A stretch of DNA of 64,000 nt, from positions 14,188,213-14,252,212 of the forward strand of contig OZ234493.1 in NCBI GenBank assembly GCA_965153455.1. The letters run 5' to 3'. Both the position numbers and the translations under genes were made by a program. This document shows, piece after piece, positions 1-13,298 of the stretch; within the stretch, counting starts at the first letter, position 1, and each line of letters begins with the position of its first letter. The notes under the pieces are model-generated. The model was not told the origin of the DNA, searched no databases, and was given only the letters and a program-made list of their open reading frames with translations. Source of the stretch: Sphagnum compactum. Its lineage: Eukaryota.

Positions 1-2379
1 CACCACTGCCACCAGGGTAGTTAAACGGATTCCCTGGGTCATTGCTGTCTTCATCATACCTATACAAGACCAACCCAAGGTCATGTCAACTACAAACTGG
101 GGAAAAACATTTGAAATGTTACATTGTATTGTAACTTGTTGTGTTTAATTCACATTATTATCAAAACCCATTTAAAGCATATTTTTAAATTTTTCACATT
201 ATCATTGTGTGATCAATAATGTTATTGCAATTTTGTATATTGTTTACACATACGATGTTTAAAATGTTGTTTAAGTTGTAATGCATTTAAAATCAAATGT
301 GAATGTTTTTGAAAAAACATGATATACATATTTTTATAATCTTCATTTTAAAAATCTTATTATTTTTAATAAATTATTATTAGAAATTCAACATATGAAC
401 TAATAATAGGTTCACCCCATAGTTGTTATTTAACCTTACAACAATATTTTTTACCCTCCAAATATTATAATTCGGTTATTGACTCCAACCTTCACCAATA
501 AACATGAACTTGAAATAATAAAAAACTATAACCTTTGAATAGTGAAGCACCTAAACCAATCGATATATATGATCATTGAAGAATAAATGTTAAATTGTCA
601 AATATTCACCAACATGATATGCTGTTTTAAAATGGAAAGTCATGCCCTTAAAATTAAATGTTTAATGTCATATACATAATTGCATTAACCATAAATTTGA
701 AAATTATATCAATAAAAAATAATAACATTTTTCAAATTTTGAAATTAGTTTTTTTAATTAAAAAATATTATTTGTTTAAAAAAATTATTGATTACATCTA
801 ACTAATTCATGTATGACCTCCAAGGGAAAAAAATCATTTACATGTAATAATACAACTATTAACCTTTCAAAATATTGTTAAATTGGAATTTATTACTAAT
901 TATGAAAAATTATAATTATAATTTTGCAAATCCAAATGCTTTATAGGATGTGAAAGAATTGTTGTCCTTACAATATGGTTTCCTTGTGACAATGTTTTAT
1001 AATGTCAATGAGGTAAGAGTTGAGACAAAAGTTTGAAACTTGTGCTTTTCAATTTCCATTCGTCATCATCTTTTGTATCTTTTTAAGCTATTCCAACAAT
1101 ACCATAATACATTTCTAGGTTCGACATCCCTTTGTATTGAAGGTTTAAAAAACAATTATGAAGCCAAAATTTGTTTACCCGACGTTTTTTTATGGGCATG
1201 ATAGTTTAGTTTTGTAAAGAATTGTGTTATTCTATCACATGTTTTTTTTCGTTTTTAAAAAAAATTTGTGTATGTAATAAATCTAAAAAATAAGCCCTAC
1301 TCTTTAGTGATTGATGGAATGTCAATGGTTGGTGCCATGTTTCCTGCAATGGAGGTTTTGGGATCAAAACCTCGATTGTGACGCAAAATGTTTGTATAGA
1401 ACATTAGTGATGAAAAAATGCCGATATTTTTTAATTTAAATAAATTTTTGTTGAAAATTCAAAAACAACTGCATCGAAATAAATTTTTCAAAATAAATAT
1501 ATTTCAACAATAAGATGCCAAACTTGAAAAGGTATTACAATAGTGTCAATAATAATCAAGTGTCGTTGTTCCCTCACATGATTATTATCATTATTGTTGT
1601 CCATTATTATTTTTACAAGAAGGTTTTTTTACAACTAAATGTTAACTTGTGATCACATGAGGGTAAACATGTGAGCGTACAAGAATCTTTTCAAAATATT
1701 TTTTGCCACAAATATAAAATATTCTTGAAATATGCCTTGCCACATCAAATATTTAATTGACATCGAAACATATTTATTCTGCCACATGACAATCTTTTAA
1801 ACATGGATGAAATTTGACAATGAATCAAAACTTTTGTAACATTTGAATACAATGAGATTTGGAAATGAATAAAGTTTGTATAGGAGGTGGCATTTGTTGA
1901 AAGGCTTTACATAATTCTTGAAATTGGAATATGGAATAAATTGAATAAGGGAAACATTATTTTTAATTGAGGCACATCAATGTTGTATATTTAATTTCAA
2001 TTTACTTTTTTACAAAACTCAACAATATAAATGAGATGGATTTTTTTGCACTTCACATTCATGAATAAAAGTGAATGAGAAAAATAAAAAAAATATGTAT
2101 AAATATAATATTCCGTCTACAAACATTACGAGTTCATCGATTTGGATTATGCTTCATTTTCTACATTAAACAATTAAAATCAATTCACTTTAACACAATT
2201 TGTCAAGTGTTGAATTTTATTCCAACTACAAGTTGGATGATGATTGAATTTTCATTTGCCCATTACATGTTACAAAATGTAGTACACGTGCTCATAGTGC
2301 ACCCACTTCCCATACCCACACAAAGAAGTTACCATTGTGATAAAATCCATGAAAGTGTCAACTTCTTTCCTGTTGACAT
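1..2379 (-). CDS. Tentative 5' part of a gene running off the left edge (exon ending 2333, ~2.3-kb intron, exon 59..1)
   Basis: On the minus strand a GC-richer block (~2750-2333) ends at TG|GTAACT, and an acceptor TGTATAG| precedes 59. The spliced frame from ATG 2379 reads MSTGKKLTLSWILSQWYDEDSNDPGNPFNYPGGSG. An alternative ATG at 57 gives the signal-peptide-like MMKTAMTQGIRLTTLVAVV. No family recognised. Confidence 0.3.
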
Positions 2380-5300
2380 TGTCCCATTGTTTTCTGAATG
2401 CCATCTTCAAGTCGGTTTCTTCTGTGGACTTTCTGCGTCTGATAATCCACCGAAGTCGCTGTGATTATTCTTGTCTGATGATGATGTAATACATCTTTGC
2501 CTGAATGCTGTCTCCATCTAGACTCGCGTCTAAAGAAACTCTTGCGCACGATGAGGCATTCGTCCCTGCATTCCTTTAACGTCTCGGCACCCTGATGGAT
2601 TCCTTTGTCCCGGGATCTGCCGATTCTGTACCAACCGGCAGGCAGTAGCAACAGCATCTTGAGTGTAGGGAGAGGCAGCTGCAGCTTGTAAGGTTGCGTA
2701 GAGAGAGGCAATCGGCAGCGGCTTGCGAATGAAACCCGGTGCTCCTGCAAACCGGCTTGATATCTTTCTGTCCTGCTTGCAGGGTCTTAGTTAGAAGTCT
2801 CGATCCTTTGTTATTTGAGTACTGGCTTATACCTACGTTGTTGGATCATGGGATGTGACGTCTGAGCCACAACATGAATGACATGATGTTGTGTGGAGGA
2901 ATCCATCTGGAAAGCACAGATTGAATTCATTTGTTCGTTGCGTGTGATTTGTTGTGCAGTTGAATCTAATCACCGAGGACCGAATGGCTCTTTTCCTTTG
3001 CCGGGACAGCAAGGGACTTGGTGCTGTCTCCACGTACCCTCGTGTGAGGAAGATCAAAGGTGGCGAATTCGAGGCTGCCTGCCTGCAGGGAGAACTGGAA
3101 CAGGAGGAGGTACACACATGCCATGCAATATGCATTAATGAACCTATCTTTCGCCGCATGCTACACACACCTTATCTCCCCCGTCGACATTGCTGTGGAT
3201 CTTGATGAATGCCGTGAACTCACTCTTGTTGGTAGACAGCTGCAATCTGCATTGCGTAGCGGTGATCGATCGAGTGCAACTGAACGCATGACTAGTCGAT
3301 ACCCTAGCAGAAGAACTTGTGTGGGTGTGGCAAAATCATTACTTACATAGCATGATCAAATTCCCACTTGTTTTGATATTAATTCAAGAACCACCATAAT
3401 GTGTTATCTTAATTTAGTTTGAAAGGAGTTAGCCTACCACTTATTACACATTAATTTGTTGACCATTGTTATTATGTAATGGAAAATGCACCTTGGAACA
3501 AAAGTAGTACTATTGGTTTTCCATTTGGCTAGCTATTATGATGATAACCACCACATGGACATTGCAATGTGGATTTATTTTGTAATGTGGTGAAATATAA
3601 AAATCCGTTAAAAAAAATCCATCCATGCTAAAAGAATTTGTTAAAAAAAGAACGATTTGGATCATATTCGATTCTTTCTACAACGCCCATAGACAAAGTG
3701 CTCTGTTTAAGATCAATTTTTCGATGCAATCGCTTTGATCCACCTCCTCAATGAAAAACGATAATATGCCTTGATGAATTTTTCCCGACAGACTTCCTTT
3801 TTAAACTAAAAGTCGAATTTTTCAGTGCTTTTCCCTTCCAACAACTATTTATCATGGTGTATTCGCTTTTTTCTTTTATTTAAAGTATTAATGACTTGCT
3901 TTCATTCAACTCACCTATTCACGAAATAACATTCTTAGTTTTTGCCAACCTTAACATTTTGAACAAAAATGTTGAACCATGGTTCTTTTGTTAAGTTTGT
4001 TGGACGAATTTACATTAATTTTCATTCAAAACATGTTGTGCAATGTGTTGATAAAGATATTTTAAACCTCTTTTGTTTAACTTGAAGTTTACATTTTTCA
4101 TATTGTCTTTTCAAGTTATGTTGATTTAATTATGTATCTCATCATCACTTTTTTTTTTATATCAAATTAATTCAATTACTAAAAATGTGTTAAGATGCTC
4201 AAAATGATTTTCAATGGTTTGATTCAAAACTAAGTTTCAATCTCCACCATTATTTGACCATTACTTTTATTTTAAACATTTATTTATGAAGGAACATTGT
4301 TTGTTTTGTTTGTGGCATTGCAATCTCCCAAACCATAATTCCTTTTGTTGCATTCTTTGTACTATTGGAAAACCCTTGATGAATAAGGGATCATTTAGTT
4401 GGTTTCATATTGTTATGACCTACATTGGAAAAGTTATTGAATATTGAAAAAGACTTTCACTAAAAGTTCAAGTAAATAAAAAATAATATTTATATGGGAA
4501 CTTGGATTTGCTTTTGGTATTTTTGAAAAGTTTTTAATGAATAAAACTTAATGAGGCCAATTTGGAAATTTTTAGACATAAGGTGCAAGAGGTGTTGAAT
4601 TATGGGTAGTTTTTGTCAAAACTGAAGTCCAATTAAATTATAAATAATGATTTTGGAAGGAAAAATTAATTGGGTAACCAATTCACACTTGGGTCAACAA
4701 CATAAGCTACATTAATATATTTGAATTTCAAGCCAAACCCTGATTTAAATTAGAAACATATACCAATGTTATAATATCAACATGTAAATTAAACTTTTAA
4801 TATTGATTTAAACTTTAATTTCAAATAAAAACCTAAATTAATGGAAAATCCTTAAATTAAAACCTTAATCCCAAACTTTAAACAAACAAATTAGTATAAA
4901 TTAAAACCTTAATTTGAAATAAAGAAACCTAAGGGCCATTATTTGTCACCTCATATTGATTTTGTTGTTATTCATAAAATCCCAAAAGAAGTTGACCAAA
5001 CACCAAAACCCAACATGAGATTGTTATGATTATCATTTAATGTGATTATGTAAGTGTGTTGCTAGGTAAAGGGGGGCTATTCGCTTCAAGATTTACCTTA
5101 GACACAATAAGTGACACTCTATTTCTTTTAACACTCCAAAATTATTAAAAGGGATTGGTTTTGGGTTAACCCTAAACTAAAGCCTTAATCCTAATTCAAG
5201 CTTTCATTTCAAGTAAAATCGTAAATTAATTTGAAATCCCCAAATAAATTAAAACATATATCTCAAACCTTAAATTTAAAATATCAATTTGATTGAAGCT

Positions 5301-7824
5301 TTAGTCCCAAACAGAAACCATGATCCAACACCTTAAACTAAAACCTTAATATCAAATAAAATTATAGTGCAAATTAAAATTTTAATATTGAAACATATGT
5401 TAAAACCCTAATTGTAGAACACAAACCCAAAATTGAAACCCAATGTGAATATTGAATTAAAAAACCCAATTTATTTTTTTCATATTGAAATAAAAACATA
5501 AACCAAAACCTAATTTGAATTCTCTAAATAATATGAAACCCATAATCACAACATTAATATTTCAAGTAAAATAAAAGTTTAACCATATTCTAAAATTACA
5601 AACTTAAACAACAATATCTATCCCAAGTTGAAAATATAACATTTAAACCTACACTTTAAATTCGAATCTTAAATCAATCTTGTACAATCAAATGGAAACC
5701 TTTATATCAATTCATAAAATAAAATTTTAATTTGAACTATGAAAATCTGAAACTTTGAAATAAAACCACAATTTGACACCTTAAATTAAAGCCTTAAAAT
5801 AAACTAAAAATTTAATTTTAAATAATAGCCTAATTAGGTTTAGCTTAAATCTATTATGTTTCTTAAGTGCTTGAATTTAATTTAGGCATCTAAGATTAAA
5901 TTAAGGTTTTGTTTAAGGCTTTAGGTTTTTATAAATTTAGATTAAGACTTTAATTTGTATTCTCATATTAGCGTAAGGTTTGGATTCAATTTGAATCACA
6001 ATAGCTTCCATAACCCCCATTTGTGTGGGTCTTATTGAACATTTTTTTTATATCGAAAATAACATGACATGGCAAAAAATGAACAATAAACAAAAGATGA
6101 ATGCTTTGACATTAGGGTTAGGGATACAAGATGTGATGGTTGGTGTTAAAGCTTTCAGAGTGAAAGGGTGTGTCTACAAGAAGCTTGACATGGTGAAGTG
6201 CATGGAATCAACCCAATCATCTTTAGGCCAAGATGATGGAATGAAAGGAACATTTGTTATTTCTAGTTTGTTGGTTGTTGTAAAGCTAAGATGTTTGAAA
6301 GGATTTTTTTCTTAGTGAGCATTTGAGGTGTGGCAATGGCATTCATGTTGAAGATTATGTTGTTTAGTTATATTTGTGAAGCATCATGCATCATGTTCTA
6401 AAAATTTGAGGTGGTGATCAATTTGCCTATGTGTTTTATTTTTGTTGTTTTGTGTTTAAGTTGGTAGGAACACTTGAAGGTATTTGGTACTAAGAAGGAT
6501 TGGTTTTGGCACATACTTTATATTTGTGCATCCATATTGTTGTGGACCTACAATTTTGCGGATCTTTTGTGTTTATAACCATGATGAGTACCAAAGGTCT
6601 AGAGACATTTGAAGTGGGTAATGAGAAATAATTCAATGTTAAAAGGCAAAGAGCAATGAAAATTTTATGAACATTGTCATATGGTCTATTGAAAACAAGA
6701 GCGCTATGACAAAAAGATTCCCAAACATGATAGAGTAATTGATCCATGATGCTAGAGACATATGTTTTTCTTTTATATGAACTTGATGTGTCACCCATAG
6801 AATGGTGTGCCATCTTATGAATTCATATGAAATGTGTATATGTTTTGGAAATTTTGTATTGAAAATTGTTAAGGTTTGTATTTTAAACCATTTTGGTCTT
6901 ATTATGTGGGTGCATTCTTGAGTTCATCTACCCAATAATGAGATAATTTATTAGAAATATGAATGCTCAACTACCCAATAGACATACGATAACACCAACA
7001 AGATAATATCAACAACTTAAATAAAGTTTGAAAAGAACTTGTAACAACTAAAAATAAGCAAATCACCAACAATTGTGCAACCACTCACACCACATTACAA
7101 CCTTGATACACATAGATTAAGACACATAAAACAACAAAAAAATAATCCACCACCACCTCCCCCCCTCACGGTTAAAACAAAACCCTAACCCATAGCAACT
7201 TGGTGTGAACATGATTGAAATCTCACATGACCACCTTATTGCAAACAAGACAATTTAATATCAAAATCACACCAATGCCCGGATGCAATAGTTCTTTTAC
7301 CCATAGGGGGAAAGGGCATTGAACAAAACTTGGGTGTAGATGTGTCAATTGCCTTCTTCTTTAGTGGGGTCGGAGATAGTAGGATTAGATCCATGGAAGC
7401 AAAATCCAAAATGTCTAGAAAGGAAAAAAAAATAAAATCAGAAAACATTTATAACATCTGACTTCCAGGTTAGTAATAAAGGAAAACTACATTTCTTACA
7501 TAGTCTTTAAGCCATTGGGACATCTTGTCTTCAAGTCAAAACTTATATACTTACCATGGAGCCCAACAAGTGCACAAACACAACAACAAATGATGAGAAT
7601 TACCAAAAAAAACATCACCCAAAGCAAAAGCACATATGAAAAACTGATATGAAAATCATGTACTCAAAACTTACAATCGATTGATATGATATCAACACTA
7701 AATCACAAAGAGGTTGTAGTATACCTATATTATCATCATCATCATCATGTGTCATCCTCTCTTGGGTGAGCTTGCAGTGGCCCAGGATGGATGATGGGCA
7801 TGGAGATCCATAGACAAGCAAGGT

Positions 7825-8945
7825 ATTACATAATGTAAAGGGCGTCGTGGTCGTCAGGCGTGGTCGTCTGGCGTGGTCGTCAGGCATGGTCGTCAGCCGT
7901 GGTCTGGCGTGGTCGTCAGGCGTGGTCGTCAGGCGTGGTCGTGATGAAATGAAGCTTTTTTCATTCATCATCTGACCCGTCCATCCCCGGGCAACGTCGT
8001 GGTCGTGAAGCTTCGAGATAAAATGAAGCTTTCCATGCAGACGTCGGGATGAAATGAAACTTTCCATCTGTCCGTCCGTCATCCATCCCGTCATCCGTCC
8101 CGTCATCCATCCAAACAGAACAAATATATTTTTTTAAAAGGGAGAAAACTAGAAAAAAAATAAAAACAGAAAAACACTTTAACAATTAGAAACTTTTTGT
8201 AAACACTTAAACATGAAACAAAAAAGGGAAATACAGTAAAATAATCTTAAAAGAAAATTAAAAAATAGATGACAAAAATAAGAAACAAATCAGAGAGCAA
8301 AAGAAAGAGAAAAAAAAACCATACTTGAAAAAAAATGAGGTTTGTCTTCTTTTTCCAAACTTCAAACCTGCATCTAATCAAACAAAAAATTATTTTTATT
8401 ATAAAACATATTAGAAAAACTAGAATATTTTTTGGAAAAGGAAATAAAAAGAAAATAAATAAATAAACGCATAATTATTTTTTAAAATGAAGATAGACAA
8501 AATAAGAATAGAAAAAATTAAAACATGAAACAAACATAAACAAAAAAGTAAAACACAAAAACTATAAAAAAGGAATGGAAACAAATGAAACAAGGAAAGG
8601 GAAATACAGTAAAATCATTTTAAAGAAAAAAAATTACAAAAAAGAAGAAACCAAATAAAGAGTAGGAAATAAGAAAAAATAAAACTTATAATAATGAAGA
8701 AAAACCCTACTTGAAAAAGAATGAGGTGTGTCTTCTTTCTCCAAACTTCAAACTTGCATCCAAATAAACAAAAATACAAAAGTGAAAAAGAAACACTTTA
8801 TTTTTATTTTACAAAATAATAATAAAAACAGAAAACACATAAAAATAAAAAATAAAAAAGATAAAAGTTTAAAAAAAAAACTAAAACATGAACCAAACAT
8901 TGTTGAAATAACACACCTGTGCATTAGGCACGGGGTTCAAACTAG
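7825..8945 (+). mobile_element. Non-autonomous Helitron-like element (3' end clear, 5' end approximate)
   Basis: 3' hairpin CCTGTGC-ATTAG-GCACGGG (8916-8934) followed by CTAG (8942-8945) then T, the canonical Helitron terminus. Interior has a GTGGTCGTCAGGC minisatellite and an A-rich duplicated block (~8209-8374 vs ~8583-8760). No clean 5' TC seen. Confidence 0.6.
7843..7945. repeat. 13-bp minisatellite (GTGGTCGTCAGGC)n, ~7-8 imperfect copies
   Basis: Directly visible tandem units; they explain the repetitive ORF 7615..8106. Confidence 0.9.
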
Positions 8946-8991
8946 TATAGTATATACGGTGAATGTTCTTCACACAAATCCTGTTTTTTCA

Positions 8992-9425
8992 CTAGTTTTG
9001 TTCTCATGGGTGGTCGCCATTTTGACAAGTAGGAAAACAAGAGTTTTGTTCTCATGGGGTACTTTGACATAGAAAACAAGAGTTTTAGTTCTCATGGGTG
9101 GTGTGCTACTTTGACATAGAACACAAGAGTTTTAGTTCTCATTTTGGGTGGTGCCATTTTGACAAGTAGGAAACAAGTGTTTTGTGAGTTTTGTTCTTAT
9201 GGGTGGTTGCCATTTTGACTTAGAAAACAAGAGTTTTCTTCGCTTCTCTTCTCATGGGCAGTGTGCCACTGTGACTTAGAAAACAAGAGTTTTGTTCTCA
9301 TGGGTGGTTTGTCATTTTGACTTAGAAAACAAGAGTTGTTCTTCTCATGGGTGGTGTGCCATTTTGACTTAGAAAGCAAGAGTTTTCTTCTCATGGGTGG
9401 TTGCCATTTTGATTTAGAAAACAAA
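8992..9425. repeat. ~45-55-bp tandem array (TAGAAAACAAGAGTTTTGTTCTCATGGGTGGTTGCCATTTTGACT consensus), ~9 copies
   Basis: Recurring AGAAAACAAGAG, TTCTCATGGG and CCATTTTGAC blocks; the array ends ~70 bp before ATG 9494. Confidence 0.9.
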
Positions 9426-9493
9426 GATCGCGACCCAAGAGTGGGAGAGAGCTGGTGTTCTTCCTGAGGGTGGGTGGGCGGGAAGCAGCAGCG

Positions 9494-12400
9494 ATGGCCT
9501 TCGCTTCCGGGCTGGGGCTTGCTACGCCCTACTACCCCTCAACCTTCTTCTCCTCCTCATTCACCCATTGCCATCATGCTCATCATCACTTGCACCTTCC
9601 CCTGCAACGCTCCTACTTCAATTTGGCAATTCCGCTGCGACTTCTAATCACTCCGTCAGTACATTGCTTCTATGTCTCTGTGTGTGTGTCTCTCTCTTTG
9701 CTGTCTCTTGAATTATTTGCTACTTGGAAGAAAGGATGGAAGATGTTATAGGCAAATCTCAGTGCCTATTGAAATGGAAATGGTGAAGTTCTATAGCTCA
9801 CTGTTCAGAGTACAGGATTGTTAGGAGCATCATGGCACATGTTTGTGCTCTTCTTGTTTATAGGATATTTTTGCCTCAGTGAGTGAGATTCAATGCAACA
9901 ATCCTTCTGCTGCTCAAGGGTTTTGGGTGTGTGAGGAGAATAAGAGGTGTGCAAAGTAGTTTTGTAGATTCGAGCTTGAAGACTATGGGCTGGCTTGCTT
10001 GCAAGCCTAAAAAAAATAATTTCTATCAACTGTGAAGGCCATTGTTTGTGGAAGAATGATTTGAAAAACACACAGGTGCATGCAGGCATCTGACAGAATG
10101 TAGTGATCCCTGGAAGCGAGCAGCTTTTCCTACTGATGATGCTGCAGCAGCAGCAGCAGAAAATGGATATGGTGTACCAAAATTCTCCGATAACAACACT
10201 TCAGGCATTGAGGAGGGAGCTGATGAAAGCAAAAACTGGAACTCTGAAGCATCATGGTTTGCAATTGTGGCAATCATCATGGCTGCAGGCTTGGCTGTTG
10301 GCATTTTGTTGAAACAAACTTCTCTACTTGGTGGCACACGGAGCGAAGCATCACATTTGCTAGCAGACCTTTCTTCTACTACCTCTGGCTCTTCAGAAAT
10401 GGCAGCCAAGTTCCATGTCAATTTGTTGGGTACTGATTTCTCGCTTGGAGAACGGTCTCCAGGGTGAGGTTTCTGTTTTTTTGAGCCCTAGGGCTTTCAG
10501 AATGCATTTTGCTGCTTGCAATGCTCATCTGCAGTCTCTCATGATGTGTTTGTTGCTGCCTCTTATGTCTCTTCTTTGATGTAGAAAGTGTGATTGATTG
10601 ACCCTCCCCCAAATGAGGCTCTCTGGTTTTCCAACTGTGGATGCAAAATTCCTGGATAATTTTTTGTAGGTGGGTTTATTTCTTCCTGCTGATGGCTGCG
10701 GGTTTCGGGTTGTTTGTGAGTGAGGAGGCACTGAACGTCTGGGTGCGTGTCTCAAAACTTGTTTTCTCAGTGACCACTTTTCTCATCTACTTCTTCTTCT
10801 TCTTGGTTTCTGTTCAGTGACCCATGTACTTATGTGATCTGGGTTTATGGCGCACCAGCTTCAGCATAACCATCCATCTGTTGTGGGCTTTGCAGGTTGG
10901 GACATCACTAGGGCGATGTTTAACATGGGACCAAACCAGAGAAGTTCTGGTGTCATCTCTGTCTGCAAATGCTTCTTTCATCACTTCCACAGTACTATGG
11001 GTTTACTGGTATGGACCAAGAGGTCCACAAAATAATTACCTTCACTTTTTGTGGAAAATAAGTTCAATGCACTGTTTAACAGAGATACTGCTCTTTGCTG
11101 GCACTCTATTGATGCTACTACTACGACTACTGATACTCTTTGGAAAAATTGGTTCTGAAGTTTTTTTGTGACTTACTAGCTGCTGCATGTTTGCAGGGGT
11201 GTCTGTATCAGTGACATGGTACCATTCTATGCTGGTAGAATAGCTGCAAAGTCAGGGACTGGCAAGACAATTCGGGAGAAGGTCTGTTTACATATTGTCT
11301 GACATTGGGCATATCAATTATGTTGAAGAGTGCCCGATTCTCAGTTGATCAGATATCAGGGAAACCATCCAAGGCTATTGGAATTCTATTGGGGTGGGGA
11401 TGATATAATATCACTTGCGTAGCACTTAGTTTGTCCATCGTTATTTGATGTGAGTGAAAGGTATGGGACTTCACACTTGTGCTGCTGATATGAGGCAATT
11501 GATTGATGCCGCAGTTAGGAGTGAAAAAAGAGAAATTTGAGCAGCTCACTGCCACAGTACAGCGATATGGCAACTTAATTGGTTTTGGTGGGTCTATCAA
11601 CCTTGCAAAAATGCAAAGTCATCCAAGTGTAAACTTTCCTAAGTTGAGGATGTTCACATCATGAATTATTTCGTGATATCTCCATGTCTGTTGGTTATGA
11701 ATCCATTTGTTGTGAAGTTAGAGATGGTGGAGAGGATTTGGCTTGTTAGATGAGCTGCATCTAATCATGTCAAGCTCCAGTCCTAAGGGTGCTTATGTTT
11801 TAGGGTTTAGGGTTTAGGGTTGCACATACAAGTCCTTTTGTCGAGATCCAAGTGTAAGCTTTCCTCAGCCGAGAATATTTACAGTATGAATAATTTTGTG
11901 ATATCTCCATGTCTGTTGGCTGTGAATCCGCTTGTTGTGAAGTTACAGATGGTGGAGAGGATTTGGCTTGTTAGATGAGCTGCAGCTAATCATGTCAAGC
12001 CCCAGCCCTAAGGGTGCTTATGGTTTAGCCTGAATCTAGGAGGTGTTAGTCATGGCAAATATCAGGGGATAGTCATGGACTCAACCTGCTAGAGATAAAG
12101 GTGTTGCAAGCATTTACTTGCAGCATGAAGTTTGAATATCTAACAAGCTTGAACTGGGGTGGTTGTGTTGGGTGACAATGAAATATAGACCCAAGATGAT
12201 TTGGACCAACAGAGTGCTTTCTCTAACAATTATGGCAAAATATGCCAGAAGGTCATGCTCGTGTGTACTTATGTCTTTTGCTGAAACTCCTGTGCAGTGG
12301 AGCGATTTTCTTTGGGTGTGCGAAATCCTACATCATTTCTAGCCGGTTTTGTGGTAAGCACTTTTCCATTTCCAGTGTATCTGGGACAATGCTTGTAAGA

Positions 12401-13298
12401 GACATGTCAGTTCCTTTTGAAGAGTGTTTTGAATTCTTTTCAGTTTTGAGTGTTGTTTACTTTTCCAAAATTAGGGTTTAGGGTCCAAAATCATGAACTT
12501 GCTGCTACTTGGTTGAAGTTCTGCTTCTCACGGAAGCTGGCAAATTTGCAGGGAATTTCACCATCGAATTATTTTTTGGGTGTCTGTTTGGGTGGACTCA
12601 TTACTCTGCCCATACAGGTAAACTATAATCAATTGAGCTAATAGACTTGATGCTAGCAAAAACTTGACATCCTGAAAATACCTTGTGTGCCCATCTATCT
12701 TTGCATGAGAATAGTTTGCTTGTACATGATGGTTGCACTCTGTGGTGTTTCCTGATTGTTCCAACTTTTCATCTCCTATGTTTGGTTTCCAATCTCAGCA
12801 TAACCAAAAAATGTGCCATATAAAGGGAAGGATACACCTGATTGACAGTCAGTTTGCTTCTTGAAAAATAGATAGGTATTGGAGTGCTGCTACGAGACCA
12901 GCCAGTGGCTGCACTAGCTGGAGTTGCAGCTGCTGTGGTAAGCACTCACTCTTCTTGAGTTATGATATCAGGTTTCCTCCTTCTTCTTGCATTGTGATGT
13001 TATGACTCTGGGTAGCCCAACAGTTGAAGATACTCCTTCACATGTAGTTGGCAAGTTTTGGGTCATTCTTCTTGTTTTCTTTTTCTTCTGTTAGAGACTC
13101 TGATTTTCCTGCCCTCTCCAAGTTTGCCAAGAATGGGTTTGGTGACATTGAGATGGCCCAGAATTCTTCAATGTATGACTCAAATACAATTCCCTTTCTG
13201 GTGTGTAGGGCATCTGGACCATCTTGCCATATGCAGCAGCTGCCATTGCCTCTGCAATTTATGTAATACGCCAAAACCTCATCAAGCAATCTTTTTGA
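9494..13298 (+). CDS. DedA/VTT (SNARE-associated-Golgi-like) membrane protein, probably chloroplast-targeted; exons 9494-9654, 10086-10463, 10670-10742, 10896-11008, 11197-11281, 11515-11587, 12298-12353, 12552-12617, 12872-12937, 13209-13298
   Basis: All introns are GT-AG and phases are consistent. The spliced product includes ERSPGWVYFFLLMAAGFGLFVSEEALNVW, WVYWGVCISDMVPFYAG, YGNLIGFVERFSLGVRNPTSFLAG and GISPSNYFLGVCLGGLITLPIQ (DedA-like helices). The N-terminus is Ser-rich and acid-free like a transit peptide. The exon 1/2 junction is the least certain. Confidence 0.85.
11621..12028. repeat. Intronic ~180-bp tandem duplication (~11621-11800 and ~11846-12028) with (TTTAGGG)3 at the end of copy 1
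   Basis: Both copies start ATCCAAGTGTAA and share GTGATATCTCCATGTCTGTTGG...AGATGGTGGAGAGGATTTGGCTTGTTAGATGAGCTGCA...CCTAAGGGTGCTTATG. Confidence 0.9.

Noticed and set aside
2833-3350. Overlapping short ORFs as a protein gene
   Set aside because: No recognisable domain, stops in all extended frames, and better explained as GC-richer promoter or leader DNA.
7615-8106. 163-aa ORF with RPRLTTTPDDHA repeats
   Set aside because: It is a translation of the 13-bp minisatellite inside a Helitron-like element.
8992-9425. CRISPR-like array
   Set aside because: Units are contiguous degenerate tandem repeats without unique spacers, in a eukaryotic context with no cas genes.
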